In this document: positions 52,267 through 62,590 of the stretch, in pieces | How the letters are laid out: the number at the start of each line of letters is the position of its first letter | Numbering within the stretch: position 1 is the stretch's first letter | Assembly (NCBI GenBank): GCA_963728915.1 | Contig: CAVSLV010000001.1 | Coordinates: 1,280,001 to 1,344,000, forward strand | Source: an uncultured Gemmatimonadales bacterium | GTDB taxonomy: Bacteria > Gemmatimonadota > Gemmatimonadetes > Gemmatimonadales > GWC2-71-9 | Length of the DNA: 64,000 nucleotides | Direction: 5' to 3' | The notes under the pieces: model-generated | Told to the model about the DNA's origin: nothing | Databases searched by the model: none | What the model saw: the letters and a program-made list of their open reading frames with translations, nothing else | Made by a program: the position numbers and the translations under genes

Positions 52267-54375
52267 TCACCGAACCTCGAGAGCCGCCTCCTGACGGGCG
52301 ACCCGCCGGTTGTCCGTGACCTCCACCGCCACACGCCAGCGGCCTGGATGGATCGATCGGGCCGAAAGCGTAGCGCGCCAGGCGACCACCGGTCCCGCAC
52401 CGGGCCTCCGGGCCACCAGGGATTGGGACAGACGATCGGGCCAGCGCCGCCAGGCCTCGGGATGCTCCAAAGGAGCGAGAAGGACTCGCACGGTCGCCTT
52501 CGTATCGGCGGCCAGTCCGAACACATCCGCCGCCAGTCGGACGTCGCCATCCCGGGGAATGGCGAGACCAGGGCTGAGGCGAAACTCCGCCCCGTCCGAG
52601 AGCGAGATCGGAATGCCACGCTCGCCAGATCCCACCAGCAGGCTGCCGACCGCCAGCACGCCGTCCCCCGGTGAAGGGACCGTGATTGTGTCGATGCCGG
52701 TGTCGATGCCCTGATTCCCATTGGTTTGCATGGCCCCGTGCACGATCAGGCGTCCGGCCCGGACCCGAAGAGGCAGGGCCCCCGCCAGCGAGGCGTGACC
52801 GCTTCGCACGATGGTATCGATCGATGCCAGCACGTTGCCAACGCTGTCGAGCGCGACGAACCGGAACCGGCCGTCCCGAGATTCCACTGAATTGACCGAA
52901 TCGGGCGGCACAAAGAATCCGACCTGCACGACCGCGCTCGCCGCGGTGCTCCCCGAGGCGAGCACACTCGACCACGCCGCGGGCTCGGGGACGAACCCCA
53001 GGCGATAGCTGTCGAATCCCATCGCGACCTGCATGCCTCGCCGGCCGAGGCCGCGCTCCTGGGCGAGATACGCGGCCACGGCGCGCTTCCCTTCGGGGAC
53101 GTCGCGATACAACGGATTGATCGAGGACCGGGAACGAAACAGGGCCGGATCCGCATGGCCGGCCGAGGATGGGTATCGCCCGTCGACCACGTCCTGGAGA
53201 CTTTCGATGAGCCTGAACTCGTGCAAGGAGGGCCGGGCCGCGAAATGGAGCACCAGATCGGAGTCGCCCAGGGAGCCTCGATAACACCACGATTCATTGG
53301 GCTCGATGCCGGGGACCGCATAGCGGACCCGCTCGTCGGGCTCACCATGACGCACGTAGATCCGGCCCCGATCATCGAGGTGACCGGAGCCCTCGGGCTC
53401 AACGACGAGGAATTCACGGGACGCCACGGCGATCCGGCGCAGATGTTCCGCGAGTCGTTCGCCATCGGTGCGCAGAGCCAGCCGATCGCGGACCGTCCAG
53501 AAGTGCCGCAGGAATTCGAGCCGCCGCACCCCGCTCCGGCGATCGAACTCCTGCAGCTCTGCCTCGGTGGCGATGGGCTCCAGGTCGCGACGCAGCTCCA
53601 GCGCCGCGAGGGAGTCGGGCTCGGCCGCCGCGGAGAGGTAGCGCATCGCGCCGCTCAGATCCCCGAGAAGAAGCTGGGTCCGACCCAGCTCGACCAGGCC
53701 GAGGGGATGATCCACTCCGGAGGCGAGGTATTTCGTGAACGAACGGAGGGCCCCGGTATCTCCGAGCTGCCGTTGGACTCGTCCGAGAGCGAGGAGCACC
53801 TGGCCGTTCTGGTCGGTGGTGGCGCGTTGCAGCGCATCGCGCACCGCATCGGCGTGCCCGGGGAATCCTTCTCGAAGAGCGCGGCTCGCCACCTGGACGA
53901 GCCGGGGAGCGAGGCCAGGCTCCTGGGAGACCGCCCGCGAGATCGAAAGGGTTCCCCGTCGGTACGCCTCCCGCGCCAGCTGCTGCCGCCTGAGATCCTG
54001 GGGCGCGCCAACCGCCAAACGATCTCCGAGGGCGAATTCGGCGGATCCCGCCCCGAACCAGGCGTAGGTCCACGCGGGGGCGAGCCGGCTGGCCCATCGA
54101 AACTCGGCGGCCGACTCGTCGAAGTGCGCGACGCCGCCGAGCTCACCCTGGCGCAGCGCGAGGGTGCCGAGATAGAGGTGATAGAAGGGTTCCTCGCGGG
54201 AACGCAACGCGGCTCGGAGGAGGAGCGCCTCCCGCTCGTGGAGGGCCATCGTGTCCGTGACCAGCCCGAGGGTATCCCGGAGGGCATCGATCTGGCGTCG
54301 CTCCTGGGGAGACTGGGCCGCGGTCCGGACCGCAAGGCTCCCCAACGCCAGCCCCACCCACACGGCGAGCCTCAT
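52267..54375 (-). CDS. GWxTD domain-containing secreted protein
   Basis: Signal peptide; FLRHFWTVRD...EHLRRIAVA...DDRGRIYVRHGEPD...ESW. Confidence 0.8.
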   Translation of the reverse strand: MRLAVWVGLALGSLAVRTAAQSPQERRQIDALRDTLGLVTDTMALHEREALLLRAALRSREEPFYHLYLGTLALRQGELGGVAHFDESAAEFRWASRLAPAWTYAWFGAGSAEFALGDRLAVGAPQDLRRQQLAREAYRRGTLSISRAVSQEPGLAPRLVQVASRALREGFPGHADAVRDALQRATTDQNGQVLLALGRVQRQLGDTGALRSFTKYLASGVDHPLGLVELGRTQLLLGDLSGAMRYLSAAAEPDSLAALELRRDLEPIATEAELQEFDRRSGVRRLEFLRHFWTVRDRLALRTDGERLAEHLRRIAVASREFLVVEPEGSGHLDDRGRIYVRHGEPDERVRYAVPGIEPNESWCYRGSLGDSDLVLHFAARPSLHEFRLIESLQDVVDGRYPSSAGHADPALFRSRSSINPLYRDVPEGKRAVAAYLAQERGLGRRGMQVAMGFDSYRLGFVPEPAAWSSVLASGSTAASAVVQVGFFVPPDSVNSVESRDGRFRFVALDSVGNVLASIDTIVRSGHASLAGALPLRVRAGRLIVHGAMQTNGNQGIDTGIDTITVPSPGDGVLAVGSLLVGSGERGIPISLSDGAEFRLSPGLAIPRDGDVRLAADVFGLAADTKATVRVLLAPLEHPEAWRRWPDRLSQSLVARRPGAGPVVAWRATLSARSIHPGRWRVAVEVTDNRRVARQEAALEVR

Positions 54376-56321
54376 CGCGCGAACTGGCTGACGAACTTCC
54401 TGATTCCTTCGAGCACCGCCGTGGCATACAGGCGGCGGCCATCGGCGCTCCGCAGGGCCGCTTCTTGTTCCGGAATCATCAGAAACATGCCTTCGGTCAG
54501 CACGGCGGGCATCCAGGTCGCGCGGGTCAGGGCCAGGTCCCCACGTCCCACCCCGAGATCGCGCAGGCCGGTCTGCTCGACCAACCTGGCCTGGATGGCG
54601 CGGGCGAGCGGGAGCGCCCGAGGGTGATTGTAGAACACGCTGGTGCCGTAATTAGTAAAAGGATTGATCCCGTCGGGAAGCGCGTTGTTGTGGATCGAGA
54701 TGAGGAGATCGGCGTCGACACTGTCGGCGAACCGGACCCGGGCCGCCAGGCTGATCGGCCGCGCATCGTTGCGGGTTAGCAGGACCCGGGCGCCCTCGCG
54801 CTCCAGCATCGGTGCGAGCTGCTGGGCGATGAGCAGATTGGCTTCGGCCTCGGCGAACCCGGTCGGCCCGGTCGCGCCGAGGGGCGGATGGCCCGGGTCG
54901 AGCACGATCAGGAGTCCGGCAAGGGGACGTCGCGCGGACACGAGCGGTGGACGCCGGATTTCGAAGAGGAGATCGGTTCCCCTCCAGGAGAGGCGATATC
55001 CGAACACCGGAAGCGCGAGGGAGAATCGGAGCTCCAACTCATCCGCCGATACCTGCCGGCTGGTGACCAGGCTCACGAGGCTGTCTTCGCGCCCATAGCG
55101 CAGCCAGTTCAGGTCCGAGCGCGCCCCGTACAACACCAGGGTCAGACTCCGGGAATCCTCCACGACCTGAACGGGGAGCCGCACCCCGACCGGGATGCGC
55201 GCGAGCACCCGGTCGGGAAGCGGCGTGAGCGTCACCGATCCGACGACCGATTGGGAGGGTCCACCGGCCGGCTTGGCCTCGCCCGCCGGAATCCAGGCTT
55301 CGCTGGTTCGGGAAAGCGCAATCCGGAGATCGTCGTTGATTCGGCCCCTAACCCGGGCCCGGGTTCCTGCCGGGAAGAACCACGTGTAGGTGCCCCCCGG
55401 AACGGTGCGCCCCTTGGTGAGCCCATCGGTCTGGCCGGTGTGGCCGGAATCAGGGTCGGTCGCGACCACGACCGGCAGGGTGTCCAGCGGAGTGAGCTGG
55501 AGCGGCCACACCGAGCGGACGGTATCGCGTCCCTTGATCGCCAGGAGGACCGGCGCGGGGAGGACGCCGGTTCGCCCACCCCGGGCCCCAGCCGCGGACG
55601 GGGCCAGAATGGTCACTCCGCGAAGGAGGGCCCGATACCGATCATTGGGCGGCGGACGCCGCAGAGAGGTCGAATCGCGATCAAAGGCACGGATCGACTC
55701 CGGGACCAGGTCGACCCCGGAATCGAGCGCGAAGGGAATGGTGCGTCGTCCGGACAGGTGGAGCTCGAGCCGGGATCCCTCGCTGGCCCTGACGGTGAGG
55801 GGCAGGTACTCGTCTCCAGGCCACCAGACCCGGCCAGTGGGCTCGAAGCTGGTAGTATCGATCCAGGGTCGGGATCCCGAAGGTGGGACGAACCTCATGA
55901 CCCGGCGAACCTGGTAGATCAGGCTCGCGGAGTCGGTCGCCGAGCGGGCCTCCAGTCGGAGACGGACGACCGAATCCCCCCGGAAGGGCACCCATGCCAG
56001 CCACGCTCCATTTGCCGCGACCGGGACCGCTTGTCCATCGATGCGCAGGGTGGCCCGGCCATCCCCCAGGGAACCGAAAATGAACGATGAGTCGCGGACG
56101 TCCACCTGGGCAGTCGAGTCGGGGTACACCACGTGGATCCGGAGTGGTCCGCCGATCGCAGGGATCGGGGGAAGCCGGTTTCTCAGAACCGTGTCCCCGG
56201 GGAACGCCACCACTGGTCGGTCCTTGACGGGGGCGATCGGCGGTTGTTGATCCGGAGGCGATGGAGTTCGGCCGGCGCACCCCGCCAGAAGCAGGGTGAA
56301 GAAGGCGTGATGGGAGCCCAT
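54372..56321 (-). CDS. N-acetylmuramoyl-L-alanine amidase (Amidase_3), lipoprotein
   Basis: LAGC lipobox; LDPGH, EAEANL, ISIHNNA, AVLTEG. Confidence 0.9.
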   Translation of the reverse strand: MGSHHAFFTLLLAGCAGRTPSPPDQQPPIAPVKDRPVVAFPGDTVLRNRLPPIPAIGGPLRIHVVYPDSTAQVDVRDSSFIFGSLGDGRATLRIDGQAVPVAANGAWLAWVPFRGDSVVRLRLEARSATDSASLIYQVRRVMRFVPPSGSRPWIDTTSFEPTGRVWWPGDEYLPLTVRASEGSRLELHLSGRRTIPFALDSGVDLVPESIRAFDRDSTSLRRPPPNDRYRALLRGVTILAPSAAGARGGRTGVLPAPVLLAIKGRDTVRSVWPLQLTPLDTLPVVVATDPDSGHTGQTDGLTKGRTVPGGTYTWFFPAGTRARVRGRINDDLRIALSRTSEAWIPAGEAKPAGGPSQSVVGSVTLTPLPDRVLARIPVGVRLPVQVVEDSRSLTLVLYGARSDLNWLRYGREDSLVSLVTSRQVSADELELRFSLALPVFGYRLSWRGTDLLFEIRRPPLVSARRPLAGLLIVLDPGHPPLGATGPTGFAEAEANLLIAQQLAPMLEREGARVLLTRNDARPISLAARVRFADSVDADLLISIHNNALPDGINPFTNYGTSVFYNHPRALPLARAIQARLVEQTGLRDLGVGRGDLALTRATWMPAVLTEGMFLMIPEQEAALRSADGRRLYATAVLEGIRKFVSQFAR

Positions 56322-56401
56322 AGCCTCAAACTACCAAGCCGGGTCGCCAGGCTCCATTGTGCGGGACTGGGTCGCGCCGTCTATTTTTTGAGCAACCACT
56401 C

Positions 56402-57469
56402 ATGAGCGGCTCCAGCGATCGACGCCCCGTTCTCCTTACAGTTCGCGCCAAGAGCGACCTTGGGCGAACCCGCGACCACAACGAGGATTTCTTCGTGGTG
56501 GCCGACCTCGGTCCGGAGCGGGACCTGGCGGTCGGGGGTCCCCACCGACTCGATCCCCAGGGCAGCCTGTTCCTGGTAGCAGACGGCATGGGGGGGGCGG
56601 CGGCCGGGGAGCTGGCCAGCTCCATGGCCGGGAGTTCCATCGTCGGGCATTTCAGGGAGCAATGGTCCCGCGAGGCGTCACCCAATGCGGACCGGTTCGT
56701 GGCCCTGCTCAAGCAATCGGTCGAGCATGCCAACATGGAGGTTCACGGCTACGCGAAGGAGCACCCCGAGGTCCGAGGCATGGGCACCACCGCGACCGTC
56801 GCCGCGGTGCTGGATGGAACCCTGTATCTGGCCCAGGTGGGCGACTCGCGGGGCTACCTGGTGCGCCGGGGGGCAGCGACCCAGCTCACCAAGGATCAGT
56901 CGCTCATGCAGCGGCTGGTGGACGCGGGAGAGATCACCGAGGAGGAAGCGGCTCAGAGTGAGCGGAGAAACATCATCCTCCAGGCCCTGGGTCCGGATCC
57001 CCGAATCCGGGTGGATCTGAGCTGGCAGGAGCTCCAGCGCGGCGACATCCTGGTGATCTGCAGCGATGGCCTGTCCGGCCAGGTCAAGCGCGAAGAGATC
57101 GGTGAGGCCGCCCGGGCAGCCCAGGATCTCGATGCCCTGTGCGACCGTTTGATCGCCCTTGCCAACGCGCGGGGCGGGCCCGACAACATCACGGTGATCG
57201 CGGTCCGGTTCGATGGCGAAGGCCTTCCGCCGGCTCGACCGAGCGGCGACGTAGGGTACCACGCACTGACGGAGGAAGAGGACTCGGGGGAGACTCCGTT
57301 GCCGATGCCGGCGCCATCCGCCCCAGTGGAGTCCGACCCGACCGGGGCTTCAGGCCCGGAGCCGGCACCGGTCCCCGCGACGCGGAGCGGATCTCCCCGC
57401 ACCATCGCGGTGGTGACCGGAACGGCCCTGCTCCTCCTCGTGGTCCTCTATTTCCTGCTGCGCCGCTAG
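56402..57469 (+). CDS. PP2C-family Ser/Thr phosphatase with C-terminal TM
   Basis: SDLGRTRDHNED, VADGMGG, GMGTT, VGDSRGY, CSDGL, GGPDNIT. Confidence 0.94.
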   Translation: MSGSSDRRPVLLTVRAKSDLGRTRDHNEDFFVVADLGPERDLAVGGPHRLDPQGSLFLVADGMGGAAAGELASSMAGSSIVGHFREQWSREASPNADRFVALLKQSVEHANMEVHGYAKEHPEVRGMGTTATVAAVLDGTLYLAQVGDSRGYLVRRGAATQLTKDQSLMQRLVDAGEITEEEAAQSERRNIILQALGPDPRIRVDLSWQELQRGDILVICSDGLSGQVKREEIGEAARAAQDLDALCDRLIALANARGGPDNITVIAVRFDGEGLPPARPSGDVGYHALTEEEDSGETPLPMPAPSAPVESDPTGASGPEPAPVPATRSGSPRTIAVVTGTALLLLVVLYFLLRR

Positions 57470-57471
57470 GC

Positions 57472-59109
57472 TCAGGCGGCGAGCAGAACCCAGCCGATCC
57501 CCAGCATTCCCCCCAGCACCAGGACCACCGCCAGGAGCCAGCGCCGGGCATCCCCGGCCAGGCTGTCGAGCGGAGCGAGGTCCAGCCGGCGCCGAACCGG
57601 CCCCCAGGCGCCGCCCGGCCTAACCCGCTGATAGAAGCGGTCCAGCACTTCAGGCCGCTCCGGTCCGGTGAGCCACATCGCGGGGAGCCAGATCGCAAGC
57701 GCGCCCAGGGCCGTGAAGGCCAGCCGGTCCCCGAAGCTCATGCCGGCGAACACCGGGAGATAGGTGGCGAGCGCGAGGAGAAGTCCCCCGCTCATGGCCG
57801 CGATCTCCGCCCAGGCATTCACCCGCCACCAGAACCAGCGGAGTAAGAGCACCAGCCCGGGACCATTGCCAATCAGGATCAGGAACCGGAACACGGTGCC
57901 CACATCCTGCATGAAGAAGGAAACCATAGCGGCCAGCAGGGTCAGTCCGACCGTGGCCCAGCGCGCCGCCCGGAGCAGGCGGCGGGTATCGGTTTCGCCG
58001 CTGAAGCGGGCATAGAGATCGTGGATCAGGTAGCTCGCGCCCCAGTTGAGCTGAGTGGAGACCGTCGACATGAACGCGGCCAGAAGACTGGCGGCGACCA
58101 GGCCGAGAAGTCCCGTGGGAAGGTACCGCACCATAAGGATGGGATAGGCCAGCTCGGGATCCGCGAGCCCGGGCAGGACCAGGAGCGCAGCGAGGCCGAC
58201 CAGCACCCAGGGCCAGGTGCGTACCATGTAATTCAGGACGTTGAATCCATACGCGGCCCGGCGCGCGGCGGCCTCGTCTTTGGTGGCGGCGAGGCGTTGC
58301 ACCAGCATCCCGCCACCGTCGCTGTTCCGGAACGCCCACCACTGAATCCCGATGTAACCCAGGAAAGTCGACAGGGGAACCAGCGCCTCGGAACCGTGTG
58401 GAATCAGCTGGAGCCGGGCGCCCTGCCCCTGGGCCTTGAGCTGGGCGACCATCGAGGAGAGCCCGCCAACCTCGTGCAACGCGTACCCCATGACCACCAA
58501 CGCCCCGCCGATTGCGAGGACGTACTGGAGGAAATCGGTGGCCACGACGCCCCAGAGGCCCGAGGCCGCCGTGTAGACCAGTACGATCAGCACGATGGGC
58601 ATCAAGGCCCACAGCCTGGGGTCGCCGGGAAGGGAGGGCAGCGCTTCCAGGACGCCGAGGCCGATCACGACCTTTCGCATCGCGAGCATGCCGTAGCCGA
58701 TGCCGATGCAATTGATCGGGACCGCGAACAGAAAGGCACGCACCCCGCGCAGCAGCGCGGCAGGCCTCCCGCCATAGCGGAGCTCGGTCAGCTCGAGGTC
58801 GGTCATCACCCCGGCTCGGCGCCAAAGCTTGGCGAGCAGCACCGCGAGCAGCAGGTGGGCGAAGGCGAAACCCCACCATTCCCAGTTTCCGGCGACGCCG
58901 GCCGCCGCTACTCGACCCGCGACGTAGAGCGGGGTATCGACATTGAAGGTCGTGGCGGCCATGGAGGCCGCCGCAAGCCACCAGGGGATCGCGCGGCCCC
59001 CGACGAAGAATTCGGCCAGGTTGCTCGCCCCTCGCCTCGCGAGCAGTAGGCCCACCGCCAGCGTGATCCCGAGGTAGAGTCCGACGACGATCCAGTCGAG
59101 GGCTCTCAC
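57472..59109 (-). CDS. Sodium:solute symporter family transporter
   Basis: FFVGGRAIPWW, GLWGVVATD, LAAFMST; many TM helices; GTGA overlap with nagZ. Confidence 0.9.
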   Translation of the reverse strand: MRALDWIVVGLYLGITLAVGLLLARRGASNLAEFFVGGRAIPWWLAAASMAATTFNVDTPLYVAGRVAAAGVAGNWEWWGFAFAHLLLAVLLAKLWRRAGVMTDLELTELRYGGRPAALLRGVRAFLFAVPINCIGIGYGMLAMRKVVIGLGVLEALPSLPGDPRLWALMPIVLIVLVYTAASGLWGVVATDFLQYVLAIGGALVVMGYALHEVGGLSSMVAQLKAQGQGARLQLIPHGSEALVPLSTFLGYIGIQWWAFRNSDGGGMLVQRLAATKDEAAARRAAYGFNVLNYMVRTWPWVLVGLAALLVLPGLADPELAYPILMVRYLPTGLLGLVAASLLAAFMSTVSTQLNWGASYLIHDLYARFSGETDTRRLLRAARWATVGLTLLAAMVSFFMQDVGTVFRFLILIGNGPGLVLLLRWFWWRVNAWAEIAAMSGGLLLALATYLPVFAGMSFGDRLAFTALGALAIWLPAMWLTGPERPEVLDRFYQRVRPGGAWGPVRRRLDLAPLDSLAGDARRWLLAVVLVLGGMLGIGWVLLAA

Positions 59110-60521
59110 CCGAGGCGATCCATGAGCCAGCGGGCGACCGCTTCCTGCATCAGGCGTTGCCGGTGCCAGGCAAGCAGGACCGGCGAATCGCCCGGAATCG
59201 CCTGGAGCAACCGAGGGTGGGTGAACAGCACGGTCAAGGCGGCCTCGGGGGAAAGCCTGGCCAGCCGGTCGCGACTCGCGGGCCCGAACCCGGCCCATCC
59301 CTTCCAGGCTCGCGGTTCCGAGAACGCAAGGACCACGCGGCTCCCTCCGGTCCCGATCCTGACCCCACGAGCCTGCAGGACATCACGAACCCAGGTTACG
59401 GGGGATGGCGGAGGCGACTGGCCTTCGTCGTCGTCGATCACGACCAACTCGACGGGCTGATGCAGATGCGGGATACTGCCCCGAAGCAGGGGTTGACTCA
59501 GCAGCCAGTCCCCCAGGGCGCGAGCGGATCCCGCCGGCGGCATCCGCTCCAGCGGTCCATCATCGCCGACCTGTCTGACCGCGGATGCATACCGGCCCAG
59601 GGCGGCTTCGACCAGGCCGCCGACTCGGGCGTCCGTCTCAGTGCGATGAACGAGCGCACGACATACTTCGGCCGGTGCTTCCGGATAGAGCAGCAGGTCC
59701 ACCCCTGCCTCGACCGCTGCAAGACTTGCTGCTTCCTCGGAGCGATCCTGCCGGGCGCCGGCCATGACGAGCGCGTCGGACACGATCAGGCCGCTGAATC
59801 CGATCTGGTTGCGTAACACGCTCAGGATGGGGGCGGAACAGGTGGCGGGGGTCCCGGTGGGATCCAGCGCGGGATACGCCACATGAGCGGTCATGACCGA
59901 GCCTACTCCCGCGGCGACCGCGGCCGCGTATGGCTCGAGGTCGGCGCGGAGATCCGCAGCGCTCGCATTCACGACGGGAAGCTCGACGTGGGAATCCGAT
60001 CGGGTCCGTCCGTGGCCGGGAAAGTGTTTGGCGCACGACATCGCGCCCGCTGCCTCGCAACCCACGATCCAGGCCGATGCGGCCGCCCCGACGGCGATCG
60101 GGTCGGAGCCGAATGCGCGGGTCTGGACGATCGGGTTTGCGGGCTCGAGATCGAGATCCAGTACCGGAGCGAGCACCCAGTTCACCCCGACCGAGCGGGC
60201 TTCGACCGCGGTCAGCACGCCGGCGCCCCGCAGCAGCGCGGGATCGTTGAGGGAAGCGAGTGCGAGAGGGGGCGGCAGCTCGTCCAGTCCCTCGAACTGT
60301 TGCCCGGGTCCCCGTTCGAGGTCGGCGGCGAAAAGGAGAGGTCGTCCAGCCTGGCGGGTGAGGTCGGTGGTCAGCTGGGAAACCGCATCAGCGGTGCCGC
60401 CGAAGAGAATGAATCCTCCGGCGCCGAACTCCAGGGCGGTGGCAATCGTCGACGCTTCGTGTGCGAATCCCGTCTCCGGACGCCAGCGGAGCGCTGGAAT
60501 CACCAACCGTCCCGGATTCAT
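59106..60521 (-). CDS. nagZ: GH3 beta-N-acetylhexosaminidase (NagZ-like)
   Basis: ADLERG, APVLD, KHFPGHGRTRSDSH signature, VSDALVM. Confidence 0.88.
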   Translation of the reverse strand: MNPGRLVIPALRWRPETGFAHEASTIATALEFGAGGFILFGGTADAVSQLTTDLTRQAGRPLLFAADLERGPGQQFEGLDELPPPLALASLNDPALLRGAGVLTAVEARSVGVNWVLAPVLDLDLEPANPIVQTRAFGSDPIAVGAAASAWIVGCEAAGAMSCAKHFPGHGRTRSDSHVELPVVNASAADLRADLEPYAAAVAAGVGSVMTAHVAYPALDPTGTPATCSAPILSVLRNQIGFSGLIVSDALVMAGARQDRSEEAASLAAVEAGVDLLLYPEAPAEVCRALVHRTETDARVGGLVEAALGRYASAVRQVGDDGPLERMPPAGSARALGDWLLSQPLLRGSIPHLHQPVELVVIDDDEGQSPPPSPVTWVRDVLQARGVRIGTGGSRVVLAFSEPRAWKGWAGFGPASRDRLARLSPEAALTVLFTHPRLLQAIPGDSPVLLAWHRQRLMQEAVARWLMDRLG

Positions 60522-61630
60522 GCCGGCGTGATCATGCCCAGCACCCGGGACCCTTTCGCTCCGGTCGCGCCAGGAAGGTTCCCCGGCTGGCCATGCACCG
60601 TCAGATATCCGAGCAGGGCGAACGCCACCGCTTCCTTGGCGGCTCCGGGGAAGAAGACCTCGTCGAACCGGCGGAGCGGTCTGCCCTCCCGGGCGAGCCG
60701 ATTCCCCAGGGCGGCCCACAGAACGGGGTGTTCGCAGCCGCCACCGGAGGCGAGCACCTCGCAACCTGAGGGCGTCCATCGGGCGAGCGCCTCGGCAACA
60801 CTTTGCGCGGTCAGCTCCACGGCGGTCGCGACGGCATCGCGGCCTGCTCGCACCAACAAACGGTCTGCGTACCCGGTACCAAACCGTTCCCGGCCGGTGC
60901 TCTTGGGAGGGGATTGCTGGAAAAAGGAGTCTCGCAGACAATCGGCAAGAATCGGCTCGAGGACCTGCCCGCCCAGCGCCAGCTTCCCGTCGACATCGTA
61001 AGGAAGATCAGGGTCGATACGTCGTGCCACCGCGTCGATGACCGCCATGCCGGGCCCGGTATCGAACGCGAGCGCCCCCTGCTCCACCGCCCGGCGGGGA
61101 ACGTAGGTGAGGTTCGCCATGCCACCCAGATTCAGCAGGATGCGGCCGTGATCCTCGGCGCCGAACAGCAGCACATCCGCCATCGGGACCAGCGGAGCGC
61201 CTTCTCCCCCCGCGGCCAGATCGCGTCCGCGAAACCCGGATACCACGCGCACTCCGAACCGCTCGGCCAGCACGGCGGGTTCACCGAGCTGGAGCGTCGC
61301 GATGGGCGGCTCGTGCCAGATGGTTTGTCCGTGGAGGGCAATGAAATCGAGAGCACTCGCCACGATGCCGGACCGCTCGAGCACCTGATCGACCGCTTCG
61401 ACCGCCCACTCGGCGATTCGCCGATGCAGATGGGCGAGCCTCCGCGCCCCACCCTCCTGTCGGCTGATCGCTTCCTCGAGCTCGAGCCGTTCCTCGCGAT
61501 GGGAGGGGCGATGGGCGAATCCAACCAGCTCGGCATGGGTCGGACCGGTGAAACGCACCAGGGCCGCATCCATTCCGTCCAGCGAAGTGCCCGACATCAA
61601 GCCGACGGCGAGCACGGGGCGCTCGGTCAT
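60518..61630 (-). CDS. anmK: Anhydro-N-acetylmuramic acid kinase
   Basis: GLMSGTSLDGMD, HGQTIWH, GGEGAPLVP, NLGGMAN, FDTGPG, KSTGRE, KEAVAFA. Confidence 0.95.
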   Translation of the reverse strand: MTERPVLAVGLMSGTSLDGMDAALVRFTGPTHAELVGFAHRPSHREERLELEEAISRQEGGARRLAHLHRRIAEWAVEAVDQVLERSGIVASALDFIALHGQTIWHEPPIATLQLGEPAVLAERFGVRVVSGFRGRDLAAGGEGAPLVPMADVLLFGAEDHGRILLNLGGMANLTYVPRRAVEQGALAFDTGPGMAVIDAVARRIDPDLPYDVDGKLALGGQVLEPILADCLRDSFFQQSPPKSTGRERFGTGYADRLLVRAGRDAVATAVELTAQSVAEALARWTPSGCEVLASGGGCEHPVLWAALGNRLAREGRPLRRFDEVFFPGAAKEAVAFALLGYLTVHGQPGNLPGATGAKGSRVLGMITPA

Positions 61631-62568
61631 TCCGGGCCGACCGGCGGAGGATCTCCGAGAATGGGCCGAAGGTGATGATCATGAGCCGCGAGCAGGGCCT
61701 CGGCTTCGATCCGGCTGCAAGCGCGGCGCACCATGACGATGGCGGTCCGCACGCTGCCTCCGGCGGCCTCGATCGCGGCGCGGGCCGCCTCACGACTGGT
61801 TCCGGCCACCGCCATGACGATGCGCTCGCCGCGGTCCACCAGCTTCTGATTCCAGGCCTGGAGATCGACCATCAGGTTGCCGTAGGTCTTGCCCAGCCGG
61901 ATCATGGCGCCGGTAGTGAGCGTGTTGAGTACGAGCTTGGTGGCGGTGCCCGCCTTCATCCGGGTGCTTCCGGTCACGACTTCAGGACCGGTGAGCACCG
62001 CGATGGTCAGATCGCAGCCATCGACCGGGTCCTGGCCGGGATCGACGCAGGTGAGAAACACCGTGGTGGCGCCCCGCTCCTTGGCGCGGACCAGAGCGCC
62101 TCGCACAAATGGAGTGGTTCCACTGCTCGCAATGCCGACCACCGTGTCGGTCGCTCCGACTCCGGCTCGGTCGACGGCTGCCGCTCCTCCTTGCGGATCA
62201 TCTTCGGCCCCCTCGATGGAGCGCACCAGTGCCTCGGGGCCGCCGGCAATGATGCCGACCACGACGTCAGGCGGGGTGCCGAAGGTGGGGGGGCACTCGG
62301 AGGCATCGAGCACGCCGAGCCGGCCGCTCGTCCCCGCGCCGACATACACCAGCCGTCCGCCCCTTCGAAACGAGGACTCCACGAATGTCAGGGCCGCGGC
62401 AATCTCGACTCGCGCCCTCGCCACCGCGGCGGGGACGCTGGCGTCCTCGGCGGCGATCAGGTCCACCAGCTCCTGAGCGGTGGCCCGATCAATATCGGCG
62501 GTGCGGGGATTACGACGTTCGGTAAGGGGGATCGCCGGGGAGGATGAATCGCGAATGGGCGAGGCCAT
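61627..62568 (-). CDS. murQ: N-acetylmuramic acid 6-phosphate etherase
   Basis: TERRNP, GAGTSGRLGVLDASECPPTF, GPEVVTGSTRMKAGTA, GNLMVD. Confidence 0.96.
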   Translation of the reverse strand: MASPIRDSSSPAIPLTERRNPRTADIDRATAQELVDLIAAEDASVPAAVARARVEIAAALTFVESSFRRGGRLVYVGAGTSGRLGVLDASECPPTFGTPPDVVVGIIAGGPEALVRSIEGAEDDPQGGAAAVDRAGVGATDTVVGIASSGTTPFVRGALVRAKERGATTVFLTCVDPGQDPVDGCDLTIAVLTGPEVVTGSTRMKAGTATKLVLNTLTTGAMIRLGKTYGNLMVDLQAWNQKLVDRGERIVMAVAGTSREAARAAIEAAGGSVRTAIVMVRRACSRIEAEALLAAHDHHLRPILGDPPPVGPE

Positions 62569-62590
62569 GGGTTCCGGGTAAATTACGACG

